DNA of 64,000 nucleotides from a virus. Its lineage: Duplodnaviria > Caudoviricetes. Made by a program: the position numbers and the translations under genes. The stretch is taken from the IMG/VR virus record IMGVR_UViG_3300019872_000002, positions 13,186 through 77,185 of that record; one strand, given 5' to 3'. Under the pieces are notes generated by a model, which saw only the letters and a list, made by a program, of their open reading frames with translations, had not been told where the DNA came from and ran no database searches. Of this stretch, positions 19,188 through 29,131 are shown piece after piece (the stretch's first letter is position 1; each line of letters opens with the position of its first letter).

Positions 19188-22100
19188 TTATTCATTTTTC
19201 TCATTCATCTTCTTGACTGCATCATCTATGATCTTGTCCATTTCAGCTGGACTAAGCTTTCTATTCTGTGTACCCTCCGGCCTAAGCCCTAAATAATCGA
19301 TCAACCCACCTTTATAAAATCCATTGAAGAATCCTGAAGTATTATAGTCAAATGTCAATGTTTTCTTTCCTTGGAGTCCTCGTCCTATGTTTTGTAAATC
19401 CCTTGTAAACCTCCATGGCACAATAGGTGTAGACAGTCTGCTACCAATCAAATCTCCCATAACACCAGTCCCTTTGTTAATTCCAGACTCTTTACCAGAA
19501 GAAAGCTCTTTTACGCCACCCACTAATTTCTTGCCTTCATCAAAAGCTCCTACTTTAATGTTAAGTAGTTGAGCAAAATAATCTGACATTTTCTTATTCT
19601 TAATAGACAGCATTAAAACTAACATTTGTGGTGATACGGTATTGAAATATTTCCTAGCCCATTCATTCTTCTTAAGCCACTTGTTAAGTGTCTCATCAGA
19701 GTTTGTACTTTTTACCGCAGCAAATGTTAGCAATGAAGCCATAGCCCCAACCATAACACGAGTGTTTGAATTTTTAGACTTCAAATTGACCATTAACGAT
19801 TTCTCAATATTTCTTACTCCTTCCTCAGTAGTTAAATCCAATTTGTTGTCTCTTTTCTTAGCGTAATCAGCTAAAGGAGAAATAAAATCAACACCACTCT
19901 TTTGCATTGTCAATATGATCCAGTTTGTTCCACCTCCAACAAAAGGATTCAAAACATTCCTAGATATAATTGAAGTAAACGTGTAAGCTGCAGCTTCATT
20001 CCATTTCTTTTCCTTAATGGCTTTTTGAATTTTTGTTTCTACAGCCGAACTAGCATTGGATACCATAGAAGAAATAGGATTGTTAGCCTCATGCCCCATA
20101 TCAAAACCTGCTGCTGTATACGCTGCTTCATATGATGCTTCTATTTCCTCAATTGTAAGCTTTTTATCTTGCAATAGCCCGTCTTTAACCAAATCTGACG
20201 CTAACCTCGTAACAGATTGCTTATTGTCAGGAATTATAGCCTTACCTGCTTGAAGATTAGCCTTCTTGATAATATCCTCTGCTGTCCCTTGAGCCTGCTC
20301 AAATTTAGTTCCTGTCAATTGTTCTGAAACATATTTGATAGCTTCTTCTTTGCTCATGCGGTTAGGATTATTTCGATCAGTCAAAACCTTAATCAAATTG
20401 TAAGTAAAGTATTTCTCCGTCAAAGCCGATTTGTGCATACTATCAGCCCCTTCCAAATATGACTTACCTAATGCTGCAGAAAGTATCGTATGATATACCT
20501 TACTTGTGGACTGCCTATTTAACCATTCCTCAGTTCTACTTCTGGTAATGAAAGGAGTAGTTATATCACCATACGCTAATCCACCGTTCCTAACGGCATC
20601 TTCGTAAATAGCCCTGGCAATTTCAGAACGATTAGCATTTAAAGCTTTCGTATCAACCTTATCAAACGAAAATCCTATTTTAGTGAACGTACGTTGTATT
20701 GCTCCTGATAGCGGATTCTCAATAAACTGCTTTACTGATTGCAACATCCCTCTTTGAGCCATACCCATATACTCTTTAACCATGGTAGCAGCCTTGAATA
20801 TCCCATTTGATTGATTCCATGCAACTTCACTTAGTAGAGCTTCTATTTGGAAATTTAAATTCCTGATAGCATGTTTCAACCCAAGCTCACTGACCTTACG
20901 CCCATCAACATTAGTCATATACAAATCTGACAAGGCATTTGCTAACGTCTTAGCCTTAAAGAAAGCCGACTGACCAATATCATTTAAGCCAAGTGCGTTA
21001 TTCATCAGATAATCATAAGTATCCGATTCTTTATCAAACAAGCCATAATTATACAATTCAGCCAATCTTCTTGCACTTGTTTTAGTCTCAGCCGGAGCTT
21101 TAGGTGTATTACGCTGATTAAGCTCATTTAAGGACTTTTCTATAACCGAAGCACGCAAAGCATTGTACTCCTTTACAAACGCGTCCTGCATCCTTAAAAT
21201 GTCAGATTCAGAGTATCCTTTATCTCTCAATGCCTCTTCAACATTTTTTTGAATATTTTCAACACTACCTTCTTCTCCAGCTAGTTTCTTCCAGTCTACA
21301 ATAGCTACTTTTTCTTTTACCTTATTAGGAATGCCATCAGCATCCATAACCTCTTTACCATTAGCATCTACCTCATTTTTAGTAACTGTAATTTCCCTTC
21401 CATACCCCTTGTCAATCAAAGCCTGTTTAATAAATTCTTTAGGAGTTGGGTCAATATTCTCAAGTAATTCCAACCTAGCCTTCTTTTCAGCTTTGAGTTT
21501 ATTTATTTCAACACTGTCGTAAGGATCTTTATTATCTGCACGAGCATCTTTTTCCCCCTGATTAATTTGGCGATTGATATCCTCTATATCCGTCATTAGC
21601 TTCTTCGTGATTGCAGCCATCTTCTTAGCGTCTGTGAACGGATCAGCTTGTTTAGGTAGGTACTTATCCCTCAGTTCTGAAATAGCTCTTTCCTCGGCCT
21701 GTAATGAGGCCATTTCAGCATCTATCTCAAGGGGTTTACCCTGCGCTTTCATTTGTCGCTTCTTATCTACAATCTCCTGCTTGATATCAGCTATCCTAGC
21801 TCTGATCCTTTCTTTTGCATCAGCTAACCTCTCTGCATTTGTTTTAGGCTCTCTTTCCTTAGTTGCTCTTTTTGATCCTGTATTTACGTCAACATTTTCC
21901 TCTCTAAAACCGTCCAACATATCCTTACGGAAAGCATCTTCTTTAGCCCAATTCTTACCATAAGCCTCTTTGATTTTACTTATTCCCAATTCAATAGCAT
22001 CAGCAACGCTCACTCCTGCCCTTATCGCCCCTTTAATAGTCGTAATACCAGCATCAATAATAGCTACCGGCACACCGATAGAAGCATCATAAGTCCTACT

Positions 22101-25100
22101 CCTAAGTTTCTTTTGAATCTTTGTTAGGGCTTCAATAGCTTTGTCGGCCTGCTGTCTTCTTTTTGATGGCAACTTATCATATATATTTTTAAGCTCAGCC
22201 TCGACACCTTTTTGGATTGCCACTTCAATGTCTGGAGTAATTGTGTCCGCAGAATCTTTCTCAATATTTTCAGCTTCCTTATTAATCGAGTCAGCATCAG
22301 ATTCTATTGCTTTTTGTAAATCCTTTTTTGACTGCCTTTCGGCAGATGAGAAGAACTCATTGGTAACCTGGCTAACATCGTACCCTACCCTAGCCAATTG
22401 ACGAAGGATACCGTAACCAGTCGCTATAGCAGCACTTCTCTGTTGTCTGGTAGAAATGTCCCTAACTAATTTAAGCTGCTTGTTAAGCGTTAATGCGTTC
22501 TCAGGCTCATTAAGTATTCTACGTTCCAAATCTAATTCTAGCGAAATCGTTATCAACGATCTATTCTCGACAGAGACTCCTTTATTCTCATCAAGATATT
22601 TAATAAGCTTATTCGCGTAATCATCACCAAACTCTTCTTTTGCTTTTTCTACTACATCAGCTCCATGTTGAATTGCTTCTAAACGCTTTGTCCTTTGGTA
22701 CTCTTTTTCTTTAGCATCTAAAGTTCTTCCGGTCTCACGTTCAATATTGTTTAAGGTATTACTCACCTCTTCACTCTGAATATTCTTGTTAACTAACTTC
22801 TCGAAATCATCACTTGTTGTTTGTCGTTCAGATTTGGGAGTTACGGTTTCTTTTGCTCCTTCCTGTGGTACTGTCTCCGCAGCCACATTCTTTTGTACAG
22901 GTACAGGTTGTTCAACTTCATTTGTTTCTGGTTTAGGTATTACGTCTTGTGGTACTTTTTCTTCTTTCGGAGTAACCTTCTCCCCTTTGATCGTATATCT
23001 TGGTTTTTTAGGTTTAGCTGTATCTGTATACTTTTTGTTTATTTCATCAATTAACTTTAATCTTTCTTTTGCACTATTAAAAGCCTCTTCACTTGCATTC
23101 TTCACTGTATTCTGATATGTTTTTTGGATTTCAGCTAAAGCTTTAACATTTTTATTTTCGTTTATAGCATGCAAGTTATTAATGAATAAAACCTTATCCA
23201 TTACAGGACTAGATTCATCAAAAGGTATCTCAAGCACGTCGCCTGTTTCAAACTTTATTCTTGTCGAATGTGGCCCTTTTGATATACTAACAACCTTACT
23301 TGTTTCTGTTTGTGATACGTTACCTATTTCGCCAACGGTATATTTTTTTAAAACTTCTGCACCAGTGGCTTTCTCCCTACTTTTGCCTGAGCCTAAATCT
23401 TCTATGCTTTTGTCTCTGACTTTTTTTGCCTCACTTATTATTTCTGATTCTTGCTTAGCTTTCGGTACAGACTCTATTTCTGATTCTTTAGTTACCGTAT
23501 TTTTAGAACTACTTGTATCTAATAAGGGTGTCTCCACCTCTACACTTCGAAGTGGGATTGCATTGTCACCAAAATATTTCTCCTTATAATTTTCAAGTAA
23601 GGTGATATCCTCTTCAATCTGGCTTTGAATCTTGTTTATCTGATCAATGGTAAGCTTTCTGGAATTAGCTTCTTTCATAGCCGTTAACTTCTTGTATTTA
23701 TCATACAAGTAATCACTAGCATCATTAACATCCTTCACGTCTATAGGTTTATCACCTTCAACACTCTCAAATGTTTTACCGACACTTGAGGGCATATCTT
23801 CCATCACATCTACATCCTGCTCAGGGAAACGTTCTTGAAAACGAAGTACTGATTGGTCAATCTGATCTTGTAATTCCTTTTTAGCATCATCACTCAGTTT
23901 TTTAGATTGATTAGCTACTTGTTCAAGTTCTGCTTTTTCGGCAGGATCAGTTTCACGTTCAGCTTCTCTAGCATGCTGTTCGTATACCTGATCAGCCTGT
24001 TCTATATAACCATTCAATTCATCGATGTTGTCTCTGTTTTCAGCTATGTCACGGGCTTCTTGTTCGGCTTCTTCCAATTCAAATCTATCTTTTGTGATAG
24101 GCTCTTTCTTACCGTCAACCCCCAATTGTTTAAAATACTCGCCTGTCTCAGGGTCTTGGCTGAACTTAACCTTTTTGTTGGTTACAATTTCTCTCAACTT
24201 GTCGTCACTTTGCTCAAGCTTAGCGGTAAGTGTTCTTTCCTCAGGAGTACCCACCTCTGCCAATGCAGGGTCTAATGTGGCGTTCAATTCTTTTGTCCTG
24301 GCTAATTGCTCCTGCAAGTTTTCTTTACCCATTATAATATCAAGAGCATTATCATATTTCTCCTGAGAAAGTGTTTGTGGTATCTTCTTTACCGCACTGG
24401 CTACTTTGTCAATCCCAGCAATAGTTCCTTGAACATCGTCAGGAGTCCATTCTCTTTCGACTGCTAGCTGTTGAACATCCTGCTTTATTCTCTCAATATT
24501 CTGCGGCGAAGGGTCAGCTTTTACAGCCTCTACAACCTCGTTTTTAAACGGAGACTTGTCGAACATCACCCCCAAGTTATTACGCGCTCCTACGGCTGCA
24601 AATAAGGGTGCATCAACGGTTAGGATATTAGCTATGTTTTCACCAACACTACCGTCAGGAATTTGGAAGTTCTCTTCACCAGCAAGCTTATTACTAGCTT
24701 TTTTCAACAGCGCATCAGATAAAGTAAGTGCAGTTAAATCGCCAGACGTTTTAGCATATCCTTTAGCCAAATCTTTTAAAAATGGAACCCCTTTATTTTT
24801 GATGTTATCTGACATTTTAACTGCAGAATCTTTAAATGCCGCTACCAATGATTCAGAAGTTAATGGTTCCCCGGATTTTGTTAGTGTTTTTATCGCATCT
24901 ATTGAGGCTTCGCGTGAAGCAACATTTCTTAATCCGGATGGAAGAGTAGGAAATAAACTATGAGCATTTAGCTTTGTCATTAACACGTAGTCAGTAATCC
25001 CTTTTCCTTGAATAAATAAATCTTCAGCACCTCTATCAAAACTAGCTCCTTCTTTTTTTAATTGCTGCACTTCTTTATAAGCATTTCCTACCCCATTCAA

Positions 25101-25991
25101 GTAAAAAGAAATACCACCTGTAGACTCTGCGGCTATTGCAGCAGGAGCAAACTCCAACAACCCACCCACAGCAGTCATAGCCTTATCTGAACCCTGATAG
25201 TCTTCATTTAATCCTAATCTCGCAGCTTCTTTGGTAGAATCTATCAAATAATTCTTCTCTTCATCGCTAAGTAATGGTTGCCCTGTTAAAGCTTTATTTA
25301 TTCTATCACTTGCATAGACTAACGCAGGAACAATATTTGAAGCCCCTGATAAAATTTTAGAAAACCCGTATGTGATCCCCAATCCCATTCCATTTGAAAA
25401 TCCATCACCATATTTAGCCTTCCAATCTGATTCTTGCCTTTTGATAGCCTCATCAGCCAAACTTTTCCTATACGCTTTTCCTTCGTTATATAGTTCAGCT
25501 TCTTCTACCGCTCTCTGTGGACTAGCATTTGTTACTTCTCTTCTTTTTTTCTCACTGAATGAATCCTCAAAGCTTTTAACTGCTTTATCAAAGTCTATTT
25601 TTCTTGCTGGCTGCTTCTTTTTAATTAACTCTGTAGGCTGAATTGTAAATGACCCACTTTGATTAAGTAGGTCATTCGGTTTAGTAATTTGGGAAGGAGG
25701 CAAGCCAACTCTTGAATCTTGACCACCAGTTGATGAATCTTGATTTTGACCAGAGTTTTTTTTTTCACTACCGAAGTTATCAGTATAAAAGCTATCGAAA
25801 TCTTTTGTCGTTAGCTCATTATCTGAGAAGAATTTATGTAACTCCTTAGCTTTTTCTGGATTTGAGTACTCTTTAACAAAAGAACTCTCATCTTTAGTTG
25901 TCAACTTATTCTTTTTCAAGAAGTCATAAATTGGGGTTTTACTCACGTCAACCGTAGTTGATTCTATTGTTGCTGTATTTAAATCTTCCAT
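19188..25991 (-). CDS. large internal virion (ejection/cargo) protein, 2267 aa
   Basis: Helical, charge-rich giant ORF after tail genes, in the usual podovirus ejection-protein position; no RNAP motif seen. Confidence 0.7.
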   Translation of the reverse strand: MEDLNTATIESTTVDVSKTPIYDFLKKNKLTTKDESSFVKEYSNPEKAKELHKFFSDNELTTKDFDSFYTDNFGSEKKNSGQNQDSSTGGQDSRVGLPPSQITKPNDLLNQSGSFTIQPTELIKKKQPARKIDFDKAVKSFEDSFSEKKRREVTNASPQRAVEEAELYNEGKAYRKSLADEAIKRQESDWKAKYGDGFSNGMGLGITYGFSKILSGASNIVPALVYASDRINKALTGQPLLSDEEKNYLIDSTKEAARLGLNEDYQGSDKAMTAVGGLLEFAPAAIAAESTGGISFYLNGVGNAYKEVQQLKKEGASFDRGAEDLFIQGKGITDYVLMTKLNAHSLFPTLPSGLRNVASREASIDAIKTLTKSGEPLTSESLVAAFKDSAVKMSDNIKNKGVPFLKDLAKGYAKTSGDLTALTLSDALLKKASNKLAGEENFQIPDGSVGENIANILTVDAPLFAAVGARNNLGVMFDKSPFKNEVVEAVKADPSPQNIERIKQDVQQLAVEREWTPDDVQGTIAGIDKVASAVKKIPQTLSQEKYDNALDIIMGKENLQEQLARTKELNATLDPALAEVGTPEERTLTAKLEQSDDKLREIVTNKKVKFSQDPETGEYFKQLGVDGKKEPITKDRFELEEAEQEARDIAENRDNIDELNGYIEQADQVYEQHAREAERETDPAEKAELEQVANQSKKLSDDAKKELQDQIDQSVLRFQERFPEQDVDVMEDMPSSVGKTFESVEGDKPIDVKDVNDASDYLYDKYKKLTAMKEANSRKLTIDQINKIQSQIEEDITLLENYKEKYFGDNAIPLRSVEVETPLLDTSSSKNTVTKESEIESVPKAKQESEIISEAKKVRDKSIEDLGSGKSREKATGAEVLKKYTVGEIGNVSQTETSKVVSISKGPHSTRIKFETGDVLEIPFDESSPVMDKVLFINNLHAINENKNVKALAEIQKTYQNTVKNASEEAFNSAKERLKLIDEINKKYTDTAKPKKPRYTIKGEKVTPKEEKVPQDVIPKPETNEVEQPVPVQKNVAAETVPQEGAKETVTPKSERQTTSDDFEKLVNKNIQSEEVSNTLNNIERETGRTLDAKEKEYQRTKRLEAIQHGADVVEKAKEEFGDDYANKLIKYLDENKGVSVENRSLITISLELDLERRILNEPENALTLNKQLKLVRDISTRQQRSAAIATGYGILRQLARVGYDVSQVTNEFFSSAERQSKKDLQKAIESDADSINKEAENIEKDSADTITPDIEVAIQKGVEAELKNIYDKLPSKRRQQADKAIEALTKIQKKLRSRTYDASIGVPVAIIDAGITTIKGAIRAGVSVADAIELGISKIKEAYGKNWAKEDAFRKDMLDGFREENVDVNTGSKRATKEREPKTNAERLADAKERIRARIADIKQEIVDKKRQMKAQGKPLEIDAEMASLQAEERAISELRDKYLPKQADPFTDAKKMAAITKKLMTDIEDINRQINQGEKDARADNKDPYDSVEINKLKAEKKARLELLENIDPTPKEFIKQALIDKGYGREITVTKNEVDANGKEVMDADGIPNKVKEKVAIVDWKKLAGEEGSVENIQKNVEEALRDKGYSESDILRMQDAFVKEYNALRASVIEKSLNELNQRNTPKAPAETKTSARRLAELYNYGLFDKESDTYDYLMNNALGLNDIGQSAFFKAKTLANALSDLYMTNVDGRKVSELGLKHAIRNLNFQIEALLSEVAWNQSNGIFKAATMVKEYMGMAQRGMLQSVKQFIENPLSGAIQRTFTKIGFSFDKVDTKALNANRSEIARAIYEDAVRNGGLAYGDITTPFITRSRTEEWLNRQSTSKVYHTILSAALGKSYLEGADSMHKSALTEKYFTYNLIKVLTDRNNPNRMSKEEAIKYVSEQLTGTKFEQAQGTAEDIIKKANLQAGKAIIPDNKQSVTRLASDLVKDGLLQDKKLTIEEIEASYEAAYTAAGFDMGHEANNPISSMVSNASSAVETKIQKAIKEKKWNEAAAYTFTSIISRNVLNPFVGGGTNWIILTMQKSGVDFISPLADYAKKRDNKLDLTTEEGVRNIEKSLMVNLKSKNSNTRVMVGAMASLLTFAAVKSTNSDETLNKWLKKNEWARKYFNTVSPQMLVLMLSIKNKKMSDYFAQLLNIKVGAFDEGKKLVGGVKELSSGKESGINKGTGVMGDLIGSRLSTPIVPWRFTRDLQNIGRGLQGKKTLTFDYNTSGFFNGFYKGGLIDYLGLRPEGTQNRKLSPAEMDKIIDDAVKKMNEKNE

Positions 25992-25993
25992 TT

Positions 25994-27484
25994 TTAAAAT
26001 CCTCCTTTAGGAATACCTACAAATGTAGCCTTCTTTGTAATTGTTTGGGGTGCTGATTGTGGCTTCTTTATTTTGCCTGCTGCATTTCCGGTTTTGAATT
26101 TTGACGGGCTTATGTTCTCCTTGCTTATTTCACTTATAACCGAATTTAATTTTAAGGCGTCTGCTGGGTTATTAGGATCAAAAGTTTCTTTTCGACCTTC
26201 AATTATTTTGGCCTTAAACTCTCCGTCTTGATTAAATGACGTTACTTGGCGAGAAGGAATGTTTAATGTTATTTTCCCATCCGGAGCAACCAAAATACCT
26301 AATGGCTTTTGATAATCTGATCTTGCGGCTGCTAAAGCTTTCAATTCTTCTCCGCTACCTGGGACTTGGTTAAACATTCTATTGATTAAGTCTTGTCTAT
26401 ATGTTTCTGCACCAGTTCCCGTACCCCTTGCTTTTTCAAGATTTAACCTTTGTTGTTCCATCGACAACCTTTGGCGTTGCATGTCCTGATCTTCATCGCT
26501 ATAATCCCTGCTAACCTTACGGTATGGATCAGCTTTAGATTTAGCTATATTATAATATTGATTAATTACTGAATTATACTTTTGTTTAGCTAAAGTTATT
26601 TGTTCTGCCTGTTGATCTAATAAATCATTTAATTGCTGCCCTTCTCCGGTTATTCCATAGTCTCTTGCTATGGCTTCCCTCATTCCCTTATCTCCTTTGT
26701 ATCTTTTTAACAAATCTTCTTTGTTACCATCAAAAGTGTCTTTTACTTTTTTAGCTTCTGAAATAGTTAGTCCCGTAGACTGCTTTAAATATCTTTCGCC
26801 CCCATTTGCTGACTTAAATAATGTTTCTATATTTTGCTTTGTTGGCTCTTCTAAAACAGTTTTTTCTTCTATTTTATTATTTCCCACAATTGAACTAGAC
26901 TGATAGGTGGACGGGTCTAGCTTAGGAATAATCTCTTTAATTGGATCAAAGCGCTTTCTTAATTGAGGTATCATTCCCTTACTAGCTTGTGAATAAGGTT
27001 TATTTATATAATCATTTAATTCTTGAAATGATTCTGGTTCATAAGCATCTGGATCAGCTCTAAAAGCCTTAAATTGATCTGCAACATTCGCTTCTGTAGC
27101 TTTTCTTGTATCCGTATCAGAAAGTATAGATTGCCTTTCTAATAAATAATTTTGTGCTGCTTCTGATTGTACTGGATCATTGGCATTGTAATTAAATGGG
27201 TTTATACCAAGTTGCCTAAGTTCAATCCCATCTTGTAAGTGCTGCTGATACCTCTTTTTAAACTCCGGTTGCCAATAAAGACCTCCATCTACCTTTAAAG
27301 CATTCTTTTCCCAATCAGATGCTGTCTGTTGGGCTTGCTTTTGCTTAAGTAATTCATTTTGCTGAGCAATTTTTCGATTGTAATCAATCGTTTCAATTAC
27401 ACTATCTGCCGCTTTACTTCTGCCTAAAACAAATGCTGATCCTGTGCCAGCTTGTCCCAAAGGGACTGTATTAATATCTGCCAT
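25994..27484 (-). CDS. internal virion (ejection) protein
   Basis: Q/A-rich helical ORF between small and large ejection-like genes. Confidence 0.6.
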   Translation of the reverse strand: MADINTVPLGQAGTGSAFVLGRSKAADSVIETIDYNRKIAQQNELLKQKQAQQTASDWEKNALKVDGGLYWQPEFKKRYQQHLQDGIELRQLGINPFNYNANDPVQSEAAQNYLLERQSILSDTDTRKATEANVADQFKAFRADPDAYEPESFQELNDYINKPYSQASKGMIPQLRKRFDPIKEIIPKLDPSTYQSSSIVGNNKIEEKTVLEEPTKQNIETLFKSANGGERYLKQSTGLTISEAKKVKDTFDGNKEDLLKRYKGDKGMREAIARDYGITGEGQQLNDLLDQQAEQITLAKQKYNSVINQYYNIAKSKADPYRKVSRDYSDEDQDMQRQRLSMEQQRLNLEKARGTGTGAETYRQDLINRMFNQVPGSGEELKALAAARSDYQKPLGILVAPDGKITLNIPSRQVTSFNQDGEFKAKIIEGRKETFDPNNPADALKLNSVISEISKENISPSKFKTGNAAGKIKKPQSAPQTITKKATFVGIPKGGF

Positions 27485-27486
27485 AC

Positions 27487-28161
27487 CTATGCTATTGAAC
27501 CTGTGGAAGAGCCTAATGATTGTGTTGAAAGACCTTGCCTAGCCTTCCATAAATAATATTCTTTTACCTGATTATCCGAAAGTGTCGGGTTGCTTTGTGC
27601 TAACGTTGCCTTTGGCGTGATAAGATTCGTACCTACCTGAGCAGCTTGATCTAAAGCTCCATAAATATTCTCATTACCCGATTGTGTCAATGCAGCCTTT
27701 TCTCTCAATTTACCTTGGTAAATATCTCTATCGTAAGCATTTTTATTAGTGTACTCCTGACCTGCTGCTGCATTGGCATTTAAAGACTGTGTAAGCGCGT
27801 TGTCAGCTCCCTGAGCATTTTGTACAGCCAGATTATTAAGTTGCTGAGATTGCCCGTATGCTATCTTAGTTGCCAAGTCAAGAACATCGCCCCCTGAGCT
27901 TGCGCCCTGCACTCCTGCATTGAAAGCTCCTGCATTAGCAGCTCCAATTTGAGATACAGCTTGTCCATAGCCCGGCATTGAGTAATTACCTGCTCGGTCA
28001 CCTAAAACCCTAGCATTATCAATAACCCCATTGTTGACCTGATACCCTGGGTCGGTTGGATTTAAAGCATTAGCCTTCCTTAACTGACGCGCACCCGATA
28101 TGGCTTTAAATAGGCTAGGCACGAGTCCTATACCTGCTGCTGCTAATAGTGGTAATGGCAT
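27487..28161 (-). CDS. internal virion (ejection) protein, Ala/Gly/Gln-rich
   Basis: MPLPLLAAAGIGLVPSLF hydrophobic N-terminus and A/Q-rich body. Confidence 0.65.
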   Translation of the reverse strand: MPLPLLAAAGIGLVPSLFKAISGARQLRKANALNPTDPGYQVNNGVIDNARVLGDRAGNYSMPGYGQAVSQIGAANAGAFNAGVQGASSGGDVLDLATKIAYGQSQQLNNLAVQNAQGADNALTQSLNANAAAGQEYTNKNAYDRDIYQGKLREKAALTQSGNENIYGALDQAAQVGTNLITPKATLAQSNPTLSDNQVKEYYLWKARQGLSTQSLGSSTGSIA

Positions 28162-28229
28162 AATTTTTAATATTTAATGTGCATAAAGATACAACTATAC
28201 GATTAATTTTATTTTTATCAGTCTTATTG

Positions 28230-29129
28230 TCAATAGGTATATTGAGATAATGATACAATCACGTCTAGACTTGACAACCTTACCTCATTTGTATCGTCGT
28301 TTTGAATAGTGATTTTCATGACTGTACCCTGTAATTCCGCGCCTTTCATCAGCGCATCTAAATCCGTTACAAATCTGTTGTCATTCATATCTCTCAAGAA
28401 ATCAGAGAACCAATCACCTTGTATGGATTTGAATCTACCTTTTTTTAACCTTGATCGCTGACCTTCTGGCTTACCGTAATAAGGAGGTATTTCCAAATCT
28501 GTGACACTCCATGCTCTATTGGACTTCTGCCTCATGCTCCAATATTTTTTAACCTCTGTTGGGCTTAAATTGCAGTAAAAAGTAATGATACTTGAATATT
28601 GTACGCCAAAGAAATTATTCCTAGTCTCATTTGTATTCTGTTCCCATAGCCTTCCGTTTTCAAAAGCAAAGAAGCTATTCACAAACTTATTCATGAACTC
28701 TGGTATATATGAGTAGTAAGTAACCCACTTGTCTGCATCCTCATTGAAAGCCAATGTTGTTCCAATTCTTGCCTGTGCCGGAGGAAAAACCTGTAATAGC
28801 TGTAATGAACTTACTCCTGTAGCATAGAATTGAATTAAAGCCGCTGGATTACTTGTTGTGAATTGCTCAGTGTATATACCTGGTTGCGTTCTTAATACCC
28901 CTTGTTCTCCGTCAACAATAATATTTACTGTCCCTGATTCCAAAGTTAGTATCGTATATCTGAACGTCCATAGAGCGGCACTTGACAAGTCCAATGTTTG
29001 ATTGATATATCCTGAGTTACATCCGCTATGGTAAGCTATGCTACCAGACACAATCCATCCTTGATCTGAAAAATCCCCCGGTAGATTAATTACCAGAGGC
29101 TGATTTTTTAAAATTGAATAGCTTCCCAT
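28230..29129 (-). CDS. C-terminal part of tail nozzle/stabilisation protein with an added N-terminal beta-sandwich
   Basis: TLAFNEDADKWVTYYSYIPE...NNFFGVQY, normally the C-terminal part of crAss-like/P22 gp10-like proteins. Confidence 0.6.
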   Translation of the reverse strand: MGSYSILKNQPLVINLPGDFSDQGWIVSGSIAYHSGCNSGYINQTLDLSSAALWTFRYTILTLESGTVNIIVDGEQGVLRTQPGIYTEQFTTSNPAALIQFYATGVSSLQLLQVFPPAQARIGTTLAFNEDADKWVTYYSYIPEFMNKFVNSFFAFENGRLWEQNTNETRNNFFGVQYSSIITFYCNLSPTEVKKYWSMRQKSNRAWSVTDLEIPPYYGKPEGQRSRLKKGRFKSIQGDWFSDFLRDMNDNRFVTDLDALMKGAELQGTVMKITIQNDDTNEVRLSSLDVIVSLSQYTY

Positions 29130-29131
29130 TT

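Noticed and set aside
19188-25991. Virion RNA polymerase
   Set aside because: No DFDID/DxDxD catalytic motif seen, and genes carry host-type promoters
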